Source: an uncultured SAR86 cluster bacterium (GTDB lineage: Bacteria; Pseudomonadota; Gammaproteobacteria; Magnimaribacterales; D2472). Taken from it: 64,000 nt of DNA. The notes under the pieces were generated by a model that searched no databases, was not told where the DNA came from, and worked only from the letters and a program-made list of their open reading frames with translations. The number at the start of each line of letters is the position of its first letter. Positions within the stretch are counted from its first letter, which is position 1. A program made the translations under genes and the position numbers. This document shows positions 32,383 through 42,712 of the stretch, in pieces. The stretch lies in assembly GCA_902591665.1 (NCBI GenBank), contig CACJBO010000002.1:151398-215397 (forward strand), read 5' to 3'.

Positions 32383-32397
32383 GATACAATATAACTA

Positions 32398-33597
32398 ATG
32401 AAAAAAATTATTAATGACTATGCAAATTATACGGTGCCTTTTTACGGACCAGCAGATTTTGTTGTAAAAAAAGCAAAAGGTTCATATGTATGGGATACAA
32501 ATAATAATAAATATATTGATTTTACTGCTGGCATAGCTGTAACAAATTTAGGACATAGTAACAGCGAATTGACAAAAATTCTCAATCAGCAATCTAAAAA
32601 TGTATGGCATTTATCAAACTTATACATAAATGAACATGCTGTTCAACTATCAAAAAAATTATGTCAAAAGACCTTTGCTGATAAAGTTTTCTTTTGTAAT
32701 TCGGGGGCCGAATCAATAGAGGCTGCAGTTAAAACGGCAAGAAAATACACATCCAAGAAATTCAAAAAAGATAAGAATGAAATTATATCTTTCTCAAGTT
32801 CATTTCATGGCAGAACAATGCTCGGTATTGCTTTAGCAAAAGCAAAGAATCTTATTGATGGTTTTGCACCTCTGCCTAAAGGTATAAAAAATCATCCATA
32901 TAATAAAATTGAGGGCCTAGAGAAATTATTTTCAGATAAAACCTCAGCAGTTATTCTTGAATTAGTTCAGTGGCAGTCTGGAATAACAAAAGCAGATCAA
33001 AAGTTTATTTCAAAAATTAAACAACTTGCTAGAAAACATAAAGCTTTAATAATTATTGATGAAGTTCAGTCTGGTATTGGAAGAACGGGTACATTTTTTG
33101 CGTATGAACAATTTAATTTAGTTCCAGATATTTTATGTTTTGCTAAAGGTATAGCAAATGGATTTCCTTTGGGGGGAATTCTTACTTCAAATAAAATAGC
33201 TAGTGCTATGACGGTTGGTTCGCATGGAACAACATTTGGAGGCGGACCAATTGCTTGTGCTATAGGCTCATCAGTTGTTGACACAATTTCTAAAAAATCT
33301 TTTCTGCAAAAAGTAACTAAAAAAGAAAAGATATTTATAAATGAGCTCGATTCAATAAGTAAAAAACTGGGATGTATTCAATCAATATCTTCAGCAGGTT
33401 TATGGGTTAGCGTTGAATTTAATCAGGGTATAAATATAGATAATTTGATTGCTCTGGCTCATACGAAAGGTCTTATGATCTTGAAAGCAAATATTAATAC
33501 AGTCAGATTTTCTCCAAGTTTAATCATAGAAGATGATCTGATTAAAAAAGGTTTAGGGATTTTTGAATCTTCTATTCTTGCTCTTCTGAAGAAATAG
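32398..33597 (+). CDS. Class III PLP aminotransferase, ArgD/AstC-like
   Basis: [38 protein letters not shown]. One active-site motif is atypical (see findings). Confidence 0.85.
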   Translation: MKKIINDYANYTVPFYGPADFVVKKAKGSYVWDTNNNKYIDFTAGIAVTNLGHSNSELTKILNQQSKNVWHLSNLYINEHAVQLSKKLCQKTFADKVFFCNSGAESIEAAVKTARKYTSKKFKKDKNEIISFSSSFHGRTMLGIALAKAKNLIDGFAPLPKGIKNHPYNKIEGLEKLFSDKTSAVILELVQWQSGITKADQKFISKIKQLARKHKALIIIDEVQSGIGRTGTFFAYEQFNLVPDILCFAKGIANGFPLGGILTSNKIASAMTVGSHGTTFGGGPIACAIGSSVVDTISKKSFLQKVTKKEKIFINELDSISKKLGCIQSISSAGLWVSVEFNQGINIDNLIALAHTKGLMILKANINTVRFSPSLIIEDDLIKKGLGIFESSILALLKK

Positions 33598-35833
33598 TTT
33601 CAACCTCTTCAATCATTCTATCTACTTTTCTGTAGCCTTGGGGCAACATATTTCCTCGTTTAGCTCTAGAAGAAATATAGTTCTCTAAATCCTTTAATTT
33701 TAAAGTTAAAAATCTTTTGCCGCTCTCAATTCTTAATGAACTAACAGGAGATAGGAGCTGTGCATGAGCCATGAATTCTTCTTTTGCAACAAATTTTGGT
33801 GTTGGAATATTAATTATCTTATTTCCTTTACCTTTCGCAAGAACAGGTAATTCATCTATTTTAAATATTAGTAATCTCCCAATATTTGATACAGCAGCAA
33901 TATAAACATGATCATCTCGAACCCTTATAGCTCTTAAGAGATCAGCATCATTGGGTAGTTTCATGAAAGCCCTACCTGACTTTTTATTAGAAACCATATT
34001 TTTAAATTCTGAAATATAACCATATCCAGCAGTATTCATAATCATATATTTATCATCATCATTACCAATTAAGGTCGATATAAATTTGACCCCAGAATCT
34101 GCAGTGACTCTGCCTGAAATTGGATCACCCATACCCCTTGCTGATGGAAGTGAATGACTTGGAAGAGAATACGCTTTACCATTTGAATCAAGAAAGACTG
34201 CAAGCTGATTACTTTTTCCACGACAGAAATCTTGAAGCTTATCTTCTCCTCGATATGATAAAGAACTCGGATCAATTTCATGTCCTTTTGCGCTTCTAAT
34301 CCATCCAGCTTCTGAAAGAACTACTGTTATAGATTCAGTTACCAGCGTTTCCTCCTCAGAGAATACTTTTGCTTCAGAAGAATCTTTTATTGGAGACTTT
34401 CTTTCATCACCAAACTCATCTTTTATTTCAAGCAATTCTTTTTTGATTAGGGTTTTGAGTCTAGTTTTAGAATTCAATATTTTTTCAATATCATCTCTTT
34501 CATCAACTAACGAATCTCTCTCTTGTTCAAGTTTAATTTGTTCAAGCTTTGCAAGTTGCCTTAATCTAATTTCAAGAATTGCATTGGCTTGAATATCTGA
34601 TAGTTTGAAAGCTTTTATAATTTCTTTTTTAGGCTCATCTGACTCTCTTATGATTTTGATAACTTTATCAAGATCCAAATAAACTATTAAAAGACCCTCA
34701 AGTATATGAAGCCTATCATTAACCTGATCTAGTCTATGCTCTAATTTTCTTGTAACTGTATTTTTTCTAAAAACAAGCCACTCTTTAAGCAATTCAACTA
34801 ATGAGAAAACTTTTGGGCCACCTTTCAAAGAAATAAGGTTCATATTTGCTCTGTAATTCTTTTGAAGATCGGTCGATGCAAACAGATGATTCATAACATC
34901 TTCTGCATTCACTCGATTAGACTTTAATGTAATTACCAGTCTTACTGGTTCTTCATGATCGCCCTCGTCAGCCAAATCCACAACCATGGGTATTTTCTTT
35001 TTAAGCATTTGGTCAGCTATCTGTTCGAGAATTTTTGAACCAGAAGCCTGATAAGGAAGAGCATTAATAATAATTTCATTTTTTTCCTGTTCCCAATGGG
35101 CTTGTGCTTTAAACCCCCCTCTTCCAGTCGAATAAATTTCCTCAAGCTCTTCATTGCTTGCAATAATTGGTGCATGGTTTGAAAAATCAGGTCCTTTAAT
35201 GATTTTTAAAAGGTCTTTTAATTCTGATTTTGGGTTTTCTAAAACATGAATGGTCGCATCTATGACTTCATTAATATTATGTGATGGGATATCAGTTGCC
35301 ATTCCCACAGCGATACCAGAGGTACCATTTAATAGAATAGAAGGCAATTTAGCAGGAAAAATTACTGGTTCTAAAAGAGAGCCATCAAAGTTTGGCTGCC
35401 AATCAACTGTTCCTGACTTGAGCTCAGAGATCAGCAAATCTGCAAATTTAGTTAATTTTGATTCTGTATACCTCATTGCTGCAAATGATTTAGGATCATC
35501 TTGTGAACCCCAGTTACCCTGACCATCTACAAGAGGATATTTAAAGGAAAAATTCTGAGCCATTAAAACCATGGCTTCATAAGCAGCACTATCTCCATGG
35601 GGGTGAAACTTACCTATGACATCGCCGACAGTCCTTGCTGATTTTTTATACTTAGATCCCGCATCTAATCCCAATTCAGACATGGCATATAAGATCCTTC
35701 TTTGAACTGGTTTTAATCCATCCCCAATATTTGGTAAAGCTCTATCTAAAATTACATACATTGCATAATTTAGATAAGATTCTTCTGCGTACTGTTTAAG
35801 GCTTATTGAATTTGTATCTGATTGCTCTTTCAT
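33572..35833 (-). CDS. parC: DNA topoisomerase IV subunit A
   Basis: [23 protein letters not shown]. Confidence 0.96.
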   Translation of the reverse strand: MKEQSDTNSISLKQYAEESYLNYAMYVILDRALPNIGDGLKPVQRRILYAMSELGLDAGSKYKKSARTVGDVIGKFHPHGDSAAYEAMVLMAQNFSFKYPLVDGQGNWGSQDDPKSFAAMRYTESKLTKFADLLISELKSGTVDWQPNFDGSLLEPVIFPAKLPSILLNGTSGIAVGMATDIPSHNINEVIDATIHVLENPKSELKDLLKIIKGPDFSNHAPIIASNEELEEIYSTGRGGFKAQAHWEQEKNEIIINALPYQASGSKILEQIADQMLKKKIPMVVDLADEGDHEEPVRLVITLKSNRVNAEDVMNHLFASTDLQKNYRANMNLISLKGGPKVFSLVELLKEWLVFRKNTVTRKLEHRLDQVNDRLHILEGLLIVYLDLDKVIKIIRESDEPKKEIIKAFKLSDIQANAILEIRLRQLAKLEQIKLEQERDSLVDERDDIEKILNSKTRLKTLIKKELLEIKDEFGDERKSPIKDSSEAKVFSEEETLVTESITVVLSEAGWIRSAKGHEIDPSSLSYRGEDKLQDFCRGKSNQLAVFLDSNGKAYSLPSHSLPSARGMGDPISGRVTADSGVKFISTLIGNDDDKYMIMNTAGYGYISEFKNMVSNKKSGRAFMKLPNDADLLRAIRVRDDHVYIAAVSNIGRLLIFKIDELPVLAKGKGNKIINIPTPKFVAKEEFMAHAQLLSPVSSLRIESGKRFLTLKLKDLENYISSRAKRGNMLPQGYRKVDRMIEEVETISSEEQE

Positions 35834-35835
35834 AA

Positions 35836-37731
35836 TTATATTTTTGCTAATGAGCCTTTTTTCTCAAGCCATTCTTTTCTTGCAGCTGCATTTTTCTTTG
35901 ATAAAAGAAGATCCATCATTGAGTTAGCATTATCGCTTGAGCTAATAGAAAGTTTTACAAGCTGCCTTGTTGATGGATCCATGACAGTTTCTCTTAACTG
36001 AGAAGGATTCATCTCTCCCAAACCTTTGAATCTCTGAATATTTATCTTTGGTTTACCTTTTTTACTTTTAAAATTTTTAACAATCTCATCCCTTTGAGAG
36101 TCATCCAAAGCATATAACACTTCTTTGCCACAATCGATTCTATATAGAGGTGGCATTGAAATATATATACGTCCCTCTTGCACTAAGGGTTTGTAGTGTC
36201 TCAAGAAAAGAGCGCATAATAATGTTGCTATATGTAATCCATCAGAGTCTGCATCAGCTAAAATACAAATTTTTCCATATCTTAAAGATGATAAATCACT
36301 GTTACCAGGCAATACACCAATAGCAGTAGAAAGATTTTTTATCTCTTGAGATTTTATAATTTCAGCACTTTCTAAGTCCCATGTATTTAATATTTTTCCG
36401 CGTAGCGGCATTATTGCTTGAAATGATCTTTCTCTAGCCTGTTTAGCTGAACCACCAGCAGAATCTCCCTCAACAAGGAATAACTCAGTTTCATTTAAAT
36501 CCTGACTATTACAATCAGAAAGTTTTCCTGGCAATGCTGGTCCTTTAAAAGTTTTCTTTCGCTCTACAATATTAGAAACTTTTGCCCGTGTCTGCGCAGA
36601 AATAATTGCAAGCTCAGCAATTTTTTCCCCTTCCTCAGTATGAGTATTAAGCCAAATACTCAATATATCTTTGGTGGTACTTGACACAAATGACATGTGA
36701 TCTTTAGAGTCTAGTCTTTCTTTAGTTTGACCAGCAAACTGAGGATTTTGTAACTTTGAAGAAACTATAAAAATAGCATTATTTATTATGTCATCTGCAT
36801 TTATTTTTAAGCCTTTAGGTAGCAAATTTCTGTATTCACAAAATTCTTTTATAGACTCTAAGAGGCCTGATTTAAAACCATTGAGGTGAGAACCACCTTG
36901 AGCGGTAGGAATTAAATTTACATATGTCTCATCAAGTTTATTTTTGGGGGGTTTCGGTGACCAATTTATAGCAAACTCTAGTTCCTGAGCACTACCTTCT
37001 TTTGCGCATATTATTGAATCTTCTAATATAAGTTCTGCACCCTCTGATGATTCATTAAGATAACTTTTTAAGCCATCTTCAAAGTACCACTTCTCTTTAT
37101 CATTAGGTTTTTTCTCATTAATAAATTCAATGGTTAAGCCTGGGCAAAGCACTGCTTTTGCCTTTAGTAAGTGTTTTAAGGTTTTAACTTGTACATTAAT
37201 ATCTTCGAAATATTCTGGATTGGGCTTAAAGGTAATTGAAGTTCCAGTGTTTCTTAAGCCAACATCTCCAATTTTCTTAAGCTCACTAACCTTATCGCCG
37301 TTACTAAAATCTATTTGAAATTCTTGGGAGTCTCTTTTAACTTTGACTTCTAATGCTTCGGATAGAGCATTTACAACAGAAACTCCAACTCCATGTAGTC
37401 CGCCAGAAAAATTATAATCGTCACCTGAAAATTTTGCCCCAGCATGAAGCTTACACAAAATTAATTCAACACCAGTAACCTTGTGCTCGGGATGGATATC
37501 AACGGGCATTCCTCTTCCATTATCTGAGACTTTGATGTTGCCATCCTTCAAGAGTGATATTTTTATATTTGAACAATGACCAGATAAGGCTTCATCAACT
37601 GAATTATCTAAAACTTCTTGTATTAAATGGTTAGGATTTGATGTATCTGTGTACATCCCAGGTCTTTTTTTTACAGGATCTAAACCTGATAAAACCTCGA
37701 TTGCTTCTGCATCATATGAATTTTTTGCCAA
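35836..37731 (-). CDS. parE: DNA topoisomerase IV subunit B
   Basis: [33 protein letters not shown]; TTG start. Confidence 0.96.
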   Translation of the reverse strand: MAKNSYDAEAIEVLSGLDPVKKRPGMYTDTSNPNHLIQEVLDNSVDEALSGHCSNIKISLLKDGNIKVSDNGRGMPVDIHPEHKVTGVELILCKLHAGAKFSGDDYNFSGGLHGVGVSVVNALSEALEVKVKRDSQEFQIDFSNGDKVSELKKIGDVGLRNTGTSITFKPNPEYFEDINVQVKTLKHLLKAKAVLCPGLTIEFINEKKPNDKEKWYFEDGLKSYLNESSEGAELILEDSIICAKEGSAQELEFAINWSPKPPKNKLDETYVNLIPTAQGGSHLNGFKSGLLESIKEFCEYRNLLPKGLKINADDIINNAIFIVSSKLQNPQFAGQTKERLDSKDHMSFVSSTTKDILSIWLNTHTEEGEKIAELAIISAQTRAKVSNIVERKKTFKGPALPGKLSDCNSQDLNETELFLVEGDSAGGSAKQARERSFQAIMPLRGKILNTWDLESAEIIKSQEIKNLSTAIGVLPGNSDLSSLRYGKICILADADSDGLHIATLLCALFLRHYKPLVQEGRIYISMPPLYRIDCGKEVLYALDDSQRDEIVKNFKSKKGKPKINIQRFKGLGEMNPSQLRETVMDPSTRQLVKLSISSSDNANSMMDLLLSKKNAAARKEWLEKKGSLAKI

Positions 37732-37820
37732 TTTTAAGATGCCTTATTAATGATTGAACTTATGAAAGATATTCTACTCTAAGAAATATTAAAAGAATTA
37801 TAAAATATAAAAAATTTACA

Positions 37821-37841
37821 AATGTTTACACTGTAAACATT
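37821..37841. promoter_or_regulatory. Perfect palindrome AATGTTTACA-C-TGTAAACATT upstream of tolC (putative TetR operator)
   Basis: 10-bp arms. The 19-bp core is 17/19 identical to the box at 4068-4086 and 16/19 to the box at 4097-4115. Confidence 0.75.
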
Positions 37842-37863
37842 AATATTGAGTTAAAATAACGAC

Positions 37864-39195
37864 ATGAACAAAATTACAAACTCATTATTCATATTAATTT
37901 TTTCAACTTCTAGCCTTTTAGCAGAAAACTTATTAGATATTTATAATGAGGCATTAAAAAATGATCCAACCTTCAAGGCTGCAGAATATTCATATCTTGC
38001 AGATAAAGAACTTGTTGTTCAAGGGAGAGCTGCTCTTTTACCAAGTCTAACTTTGAGTGGTTCAACTAATTGGAATGAGTATTATCAAGATAAGCAGCTT
38101 CAACAAGAATATAACTCATTTTCGAGCTCGGCAAGATTAACACAGCCTTTGTTCAGGTTAGATTCTTGGTTTCAGTTTAAACAATCTAAATCGTTAACAA
38201 GTGCTGCTGAAGCTGAGTTTGCATACGAACAACAAAATCTTTTAGTTCGAACTGCAGAACTTTATTTTGGGGTATTAAGAGCTATAGATAATCTAAATGC
38301 AGCCATATCAGAAGAAAAGGCAATAAAGAAACAGCTTGATCAAGCACAACAAAGATATGAGGTTGGCCTTTCTGCAATAACTGGTGTACAAGAAGCCCAA
38401 CTAGCATACGACTTAAGTAAGGCATCTAGAATTAATGCAGAAGGAAGTTTATTTTCTGCAAGAGAAGCATTAAACGCATTAATAGGTAGAGAAATCTTTA
38501 GCCTAGATGAATTGGGTGAGGGCTTATTAATTGAGAGTCCTGCACCAAGTTCGAAAGAAGAATGGGTGGATATAGCATTGCAAAATAATTATCAGCTCAA
38601 AGCGGCATATTTAAGAAAAGATGCAGCTAAAAGTAATGCTAGAAATGCAGCTTCTAATCATTTACCTAAAATAGATATTGTTGGATCTAAGTCTGAATCT
38701 GAAACAAATCAATTTAATTATGAAGGCCTAAACTTCAATGGTCAGGGCATCCCTGTGCCAGAGATAACAGGCAGAAGAAATTTTGCTATTCAGTTTAGTA
38801 TGCCAATTTTTCAAAGTGGAGCTGTAAACTCAAGAAGAAAGCAGGCTTACGCACAATATGAGAGAACTAATGAGAACACATTATTTACTCAAAGAAAAAT
38901 CATACAAGACGTTCGATCAGGATACTCTAATGTTGTTACCTTGGTTGCCAATGTAACTGCTCAAAAACAAGCTGTAATCTCAGCAACTAGTGCACTTGAA
39001 GCTACACAAGTCGGTTACAAAGTCGGCACAAGAAATGTTGTAGATCTTTTACAAGCAGAAAAAAATCTCTACAGTGCAGAAAAAAATCTTGCTAATGCTA
39101 AATATGATTATATTCTTGCCAACCTTAGATTAGATTTAGCTGCAGGAACTATTACTCCTGGAGACCTTGTTTCAATTAACAGTCTACTAAATTAA
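37864..39195 (+). CDS. tolC: TolC-family outer membrane channel
   Basis: Signal peptide, QPLFR, GTRNVVDLLQAE, AKYDY; divergent from parE as in other gammaproteobacteria. Confidence 0.92.
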   Translation: MNKITNSLFILIFSTSSLLAENLLDIYNEALKNDPTFKAAEYSYLADKELVVQGRAALLPSLTLSGSTNWNEYYQDKQLQQEYNSFSSSARLTQPLFRLDSWFQFKQSKSLTSAAEAEFAYEQQNLLVRTAELYFGVLRAIDNLNAAISEEKAIKKQLDQAQQRYEVGLSAITGVQEAQLAYDLSKASRINAEGSLFSAREALNALIGREIFSLDELGEGLLIESPAPSSKEEWVDIALQNNYQLKAAYLRKDAAKSNARNAASNHLPKIDIVGSKSESETNQFNYEGLNFNGQGIPVPEITGRRNFAIQFSMPIFQSGAVNSRRKQAYAQYERTNENTLFTQRKIIQDVRSGYSNVVTLVANVTAQKQAVISATSALEATQVGYKVGTRNVVDLLQAEKNLYSAEKNLANAKYDYILANLRLDLAAGTITPGDLVSINSLLN

Positions 39196-39199
39196 TTAA

Positions 39200-40009
39200 A
39201 TGCCAGAATTACCGGAGGTTGAAACAACCCTCAGGGCAATAAAAAAATTCCAAGGTCAAAATCTAACCAATATTAAAGTTCATAATAGAAACTTGAGATG
39301 GACTGTTGCCAAAGGTCTTGAAAAAAATTCAAGAAATCAAAAATTAATTAATCTTCATAGAAGGGCCAAATACATAATTTTTGAATTAGAAAATACTTAT
39401 TTAATGCTGCATTTAGGAATGTCAGGAAGTTTGAGAATTTTAAAAAGTGCAGACAACTATTTTCTAAAACATGACCACATTGAATTCATCTTTGATAATG
39501 AAAAGATTATTTATAATGACCCAAGAAGATTTGGTTCGCTTCACATTGCAAAAGATATTAAAAATCACAAATTAATATCTGGGCTTGGGCCAGAACCTCT
39601 CTCTGAAAATTTCAATGGTGCATATCTTTTAGAATGTTGTAAAAGATCCAAAACTAATATTAAAACTCTGATAATGAATCAAAAAAATGTGGTTGGTATT
39701 GGGAATATATATGCATCAGAGTCTCTTTATCTTTCAAGAATAAATCCGCAAAAAGAATCACAAAAATTAGATATTGAAGAATGTAAAAGAATTGTAAGTT
39801 CAGCAAAAAAAGTTCTGAATGAAGCAATAGAAGTGGGAGGTACTACTCTAAAAGATTTTTACTCTGCAGATGGCAGTCCAGGATATTTCAAAATTAAATT
39901 AAATGTTTATGGGCGAAACGGGAAAAAATGTAAAAATTGTGAAGAAGAAATATTAAAAGTTACTATTAATCAAAGAGCTACGTTCTATTGTCCAAAATGT
40001 CAGTCTTAA
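39200..40009 (+). CDS. mutM: Formamidopyrimidine-DNA glycosylase
   Basis: PELPEVE, HLGMSG, GIGNIYASE, C4 zinc finger. Confidence 0.96.
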   Translation: MPELPEVETTLRAIKKFQGQNLTNIKVHNRNLRWTVAKGLEKNSRNQKLINLHRRAKYIIFELENTYLMLHLGMSGSLRILKSADNYFLKHDHIEFIFDNEKIIYNDPRRFGSLHIAKDIKNHKLISGLGPEPLSENFNGAYLLECCKRSKTNIKTLIMNQKNVVGIGNIYASESLYLSRINPQKESQKLDIEECKRIVSSAKKVLNEAIEVGGTTLKDFYSADGSPGYFKIKLNVYGRNGKKCKNCEEEILKVTINQRATFYCPKCQS

Positions 40010-40488
40010 GTCTGTAGTTTAGCTTTTAATGCCTGCTCAACTTTTGGGTGAACAAATTTAGAAATATCACCTTTTAAATCAGAAATTTCTTTTATCAAGC
40101 TTGAAGAAACATAGATTAAGCTTTCCTTAGGCGTTAAAAAGATGCTTTCTATGTCAGGAGCTAATGATCTATTCATGGTTGCTAATTGAAATTCATATTC
40201 AAAATCAGATACAGCTCTTAATCCTCTAATAATTGCACATGCATTGAAGTCTTTAGCTAAATCAACAGTTAATTTTCTAGGAAAGCCAACAACCTCAACT
40301 TTGTTGTTATTTTCGTATATAGATTCAGCAAGATTAATCCTGTCTTCTAATGAAAACATGGGATTTTTTGATTCGCTTTTTGCAATTGCAACAACAACCT
40401 TATCAAAAAGACCGCAACCTCTCTCAATAATGTCCATATGTCCATATGTTATTGGGTCAAAGGAACCTGGATAAATTGCAACTTTCAT
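40006..40488 (-). CDS. coaD: Phosphopantetheine adenylyltransferase
   Basis: YPGSFDPITYGH, RGLRAVSDFEYE. Confidence 0.96.
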   Translation of the reverse strand: MKVAIYPGSFDPITYGHMDIIERGCGLFDKVVVAIAKSESKNPMFSLEDRINLAESIYENNNKVEVVGFPRKLTVDLAKDFNACAIIRGLRAVSDFEYEFQLATMNRSLAPDIESIFLTPKESLIYVSSSLIKEISDLKGDISKFVHPKVEQALKAKLQT

Positions 40489-40494
40489 AAGCGA

Positions 40495-40522
40495 ATCATA
40501 CTAAACAATAATATTTAAGCAA
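40495..40522 (-). promoter_or_regulatory. Sigma70-like promoter TTGCTT-N16-TATGAT, 6 nt before the coaD ATG
   Basis: Sequence match only. Confidence 0.5.
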
Positions 40523-40587
40523 TATTTTAGGATTAATACTAAATTAATTAGAAAATCAAGTTATCTTAAAAAATATATTTTTTAAAT

Positions 40588-40616
40588 TTGATACATATAA
40601 AATTTTTAGCTATCAT
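40588..40616 (+). promoter_or_regulatory. Sigma70-like promoter of proteorhodopsin (TTGATA-N17-TATCAT)
   Basis: Near-consensus boxes with 17-nt spacing; SD AAGGAG before the ATG. Confidence 0.6.
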
Positions 40617-40673
40617 CTTAAGTTCATACTAACGGGGGAGTAATTTATTTACTCAAAATAAAAGGAGTTTAAT

Positions 40674-41429
40674 ATGAAATATTTATTAATCTTAGGTAGT
40701 GTTATTGCGCTTCCATCTTTTGCTGCCGGTGGTGGTGACCTAGATATTAGTGACGGAGTTGGAATTTCATTCTGGTTAGTTACTGCTGCTATGTTAGCTG
40801 CTACGGTTTTCTTTTTTGTTGAAAGAGATCAGGTAAGTGCAAAATGGAAAACTTCATTAACAGTATCAGGCTTAATAACAGGTATTGCTTTTTGGCACTA
40901 CTTGTATATGAGAGGAGTATGGGTAGAGACCGGTGATTCGCCAACTGTATTTAGATATATAGATTGGCTTTTAACTGTTCCATTACAAATGGTTGAGTTC
41001 TATCTAATACTAGCTGCTTGTACTAATGTTGCTGGTTCTTTATTCAAGAAATTGCTTGGTGGATCAATAGTAATGTTAGTTGCAGGATTCATGGGTGAAG
41101 CTGGTATGGCCAATGTAACTATTGCGTTTGTGGTAGGTATGGCTGGATGGTTATACATGATCTATGAGCTATATTTGGGTGAAGGTAAGGCTGCTGTTAG
41201 TACAGCAAGTCCTGCTGTTAACTCTGCATACAATGCTATGATGCTAATTATAGTAGTTGGATGGTCTATATATCCTGCTGGATATGCTGCTGGTTACCTA
41301 ATGGGTGGCGAAGGAGTATATGCTTCAAATCTAAACCTTATCTATAACCTTGCTGATTTTATTAACAAGATTCTATTTGGTTTAATTATATGGCATGTTG
41401 CAGTTAAAGAATCTAGTCATTCGCACTAG
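40674..41429 (+). CDS. Proteorhodopsin, blue-absorbing outward proton pump
   Basis: WHY (His75), RYIDW (Asp97), TVPLQMVEF (Thr101, Gln105, Glu108 = DTE motif, blue tuning), DFINK retinal-binding Lys. Confidence 0.97.
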   Translation: MKYLLILGSVIALPSFAAGGGDLDISDGVGISFWLVTAAMLAATVFFFVERDQVSAKWKTSLTVSGLITGIAFWHYLYMRGVWVETGDSPTVFRYIDWLLTVPLQMVEFYLILAACTNVAGSLFKKLLGGSIVMLVAGFMGEAGMANVTIAFVVGMAGWLYMIYELYLGEGKAAVSTASPAVNSAYNAMMLIIVVGWSIYPAGYAAGYLMGGEGVYASNLNLIYNLADFINKILFGLIIWHVAVKESSHSH

Positions 41430-41446
41430 TTTATAACTAATATACT

Positions 41447-41475
41447 AAACCCGGTTTTAAACCGGGTTTTTTTTT
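41447..41475 (+). terminator. Intrinsic terminator after proteorhodopsin
   Basis: AAACCCGGT-tttaa-ACCGGGTTT followed by a T tract. Confidence 0.85.
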
Positions 41476-41548
41476 GAAATTTGTTACCAGCTTTTAATAA
41501 AAAGTGTGTTTTAATAATTTATATTATTGCTTATTGGAGGTGAAAAAA

Positions 41549-41992
41549 ATGAAGTACCTTATAACAACTTTAGCTATTATTTCTTTTAATGTTTACTCAG
41601 ATGATCACAAAGGTTTGCCAAAACCATCTGATTGCAAGGGTAGTCCTACTAATTACTATGTTGCTAAACTTATCGAAGGGGGAACTATCGAGGGCTGGCT
41701 AAATGCAACCAAGATGCATGAGGCTTACTATAAAGATAGAGGTTTTGATGTGGAGGTAGTGCCTTCTATACAATACCTACCAAGCGAGGAAAATAATGGA
41801 CCGAGTGAAGAAGTCTTTAGATTAAGCACTCATGTGATTCATAAATCTTTGCCTGAACAGGAAAGATGGTGGGATTGGAATCAAAATACAAGAACTGAGT
41901 CAGATATTCAGGTAAGAGATGCTTTTGTTGCAGAGTATGATAAAAATAATGAGGTAACAGCAAGAAGGTATCTTTGCATACTTTCCAACTAG
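41549..41992 (+). CDS. Hypothetical secreted protein
   Basis: GGAGG SD at 41536-41540 supports ATG 41549; signal peptide MKYLITTLAIISFNVYS; no family recognised. Confidence 0.7.
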   Translation: MKYLITTLAIISFNVYSDDHKGLPKPSDCKGSPTNYYVAKLIEGGTIEGWLNATKMHEAYYKDRGFDVEVVPSIQYLPSEENNGPSEEVFRLSTHVIHKSLPEQERWWDWNQNTRTESDIQVRDAFVAEYDKNNEVTARRYLCILSN

Positions 41993-41995
41993 ATT

Positions 41996-42712
41996 TTATG
42001 GAGAAATAGTTTCTCCATCATATGCTAATAAGTTTCCAGAGTCTTTTGTTGTTGCATTTTCAATTACATTTGAAAGCAACTCCCTGCTTTGTTCTGGAGT
42101 GAATAACTTACCTTTTGCTACATTTTTCTTAAATGGCTCGCTAAGATTACTATCTACTGTTCCAGGTTGAAGCCCTAAGACAATTGCATTTGAGTTTGTT
42201 CTTTTTAATTCAATACTAAAGCTTTTTATTATCTGATTAAGTGCTGTTTTGCTTGCTCTATATGAGTACCAACCACCCAATTTATTGTCTGAAATACTCC
42301 CTACCCTTGCACTTAAAAAGGCCAAGACAGACTTAGTATCTTTTGTTAGTAATGGTATGAAGTATCTACCAACTAATGAAGGACCAACAGTGTTCACGCT
42401 CATAACTTTAGTCATACTTTCATGATTAATATCTTTAATACTTTTTTCAGGGCCAAAACTCTCAGAGTGCAAAATCCCAGTAGCAACAATAATATGGTTT
42501 AGGCGGTTTTCTTTTACTTTTTCTGCTGCATCTTGAATGTTATTTTGATTTTCAATATCTAACTCAAAACTTTGAACTTTCTTATTTTCATAGCTTTGTT
42601 TTTTTCTTGAAAATGCATATACATTTTTAACTGATTGATCGTTAGAGTAATGCTCTACAAACGCATTCCCTATTGCTCCAGACGCACCAATAATTGCCAC
42701 ATTTTTATCCAT
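41996..42712 (-). CDS. SDR oxidoreductase, CsgA/C-factor-like
   Basis: GASGAIG, SARVGSI, GWYSYRASK. Confidence 0.88.
   Translation of the reverse strand: MDKNVAIIGASGAIGNAFVEHYSNDQSVKNVYAFSRKKQSYENKKVQSFELDIENQNNIQDAAEKVKENRLNHIIVATGILHSESFGPEKSIKDINHESMTKVMSVNTVGPSLVGRYFIPLLTKDTKSVLAFLSARVGSISDNKLGGWYSYRASKTALNQIIKSFSIELKRTNSNAIVLGLQPGTVDSNLSEPFKKNVAKGKLFTPEQSRELLSNVIENATTKDSGNLLAYDGETISP

Noticed and set aside
40634-40654. GGGGGAG tract and 6-bp hairpin in the proteorhodopsin 5' UTR as a riboswitch or uORF signal
   Set aside because: The stem is weak and AU-rich, no start codon follows the G tract, and it resembles no known RNA family.
41110-41160. Carotenoid-antenna binding by this proteorhodopsin (tempting given the CrtR-like gene)
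   Set aside because: Helix E reads AFVVGMAGW. The position equivalent to xanthorhodopsin Gly156 (GPR Phe152) is Phe, so the fenestration needed for antenna binding is predicted to be closed.
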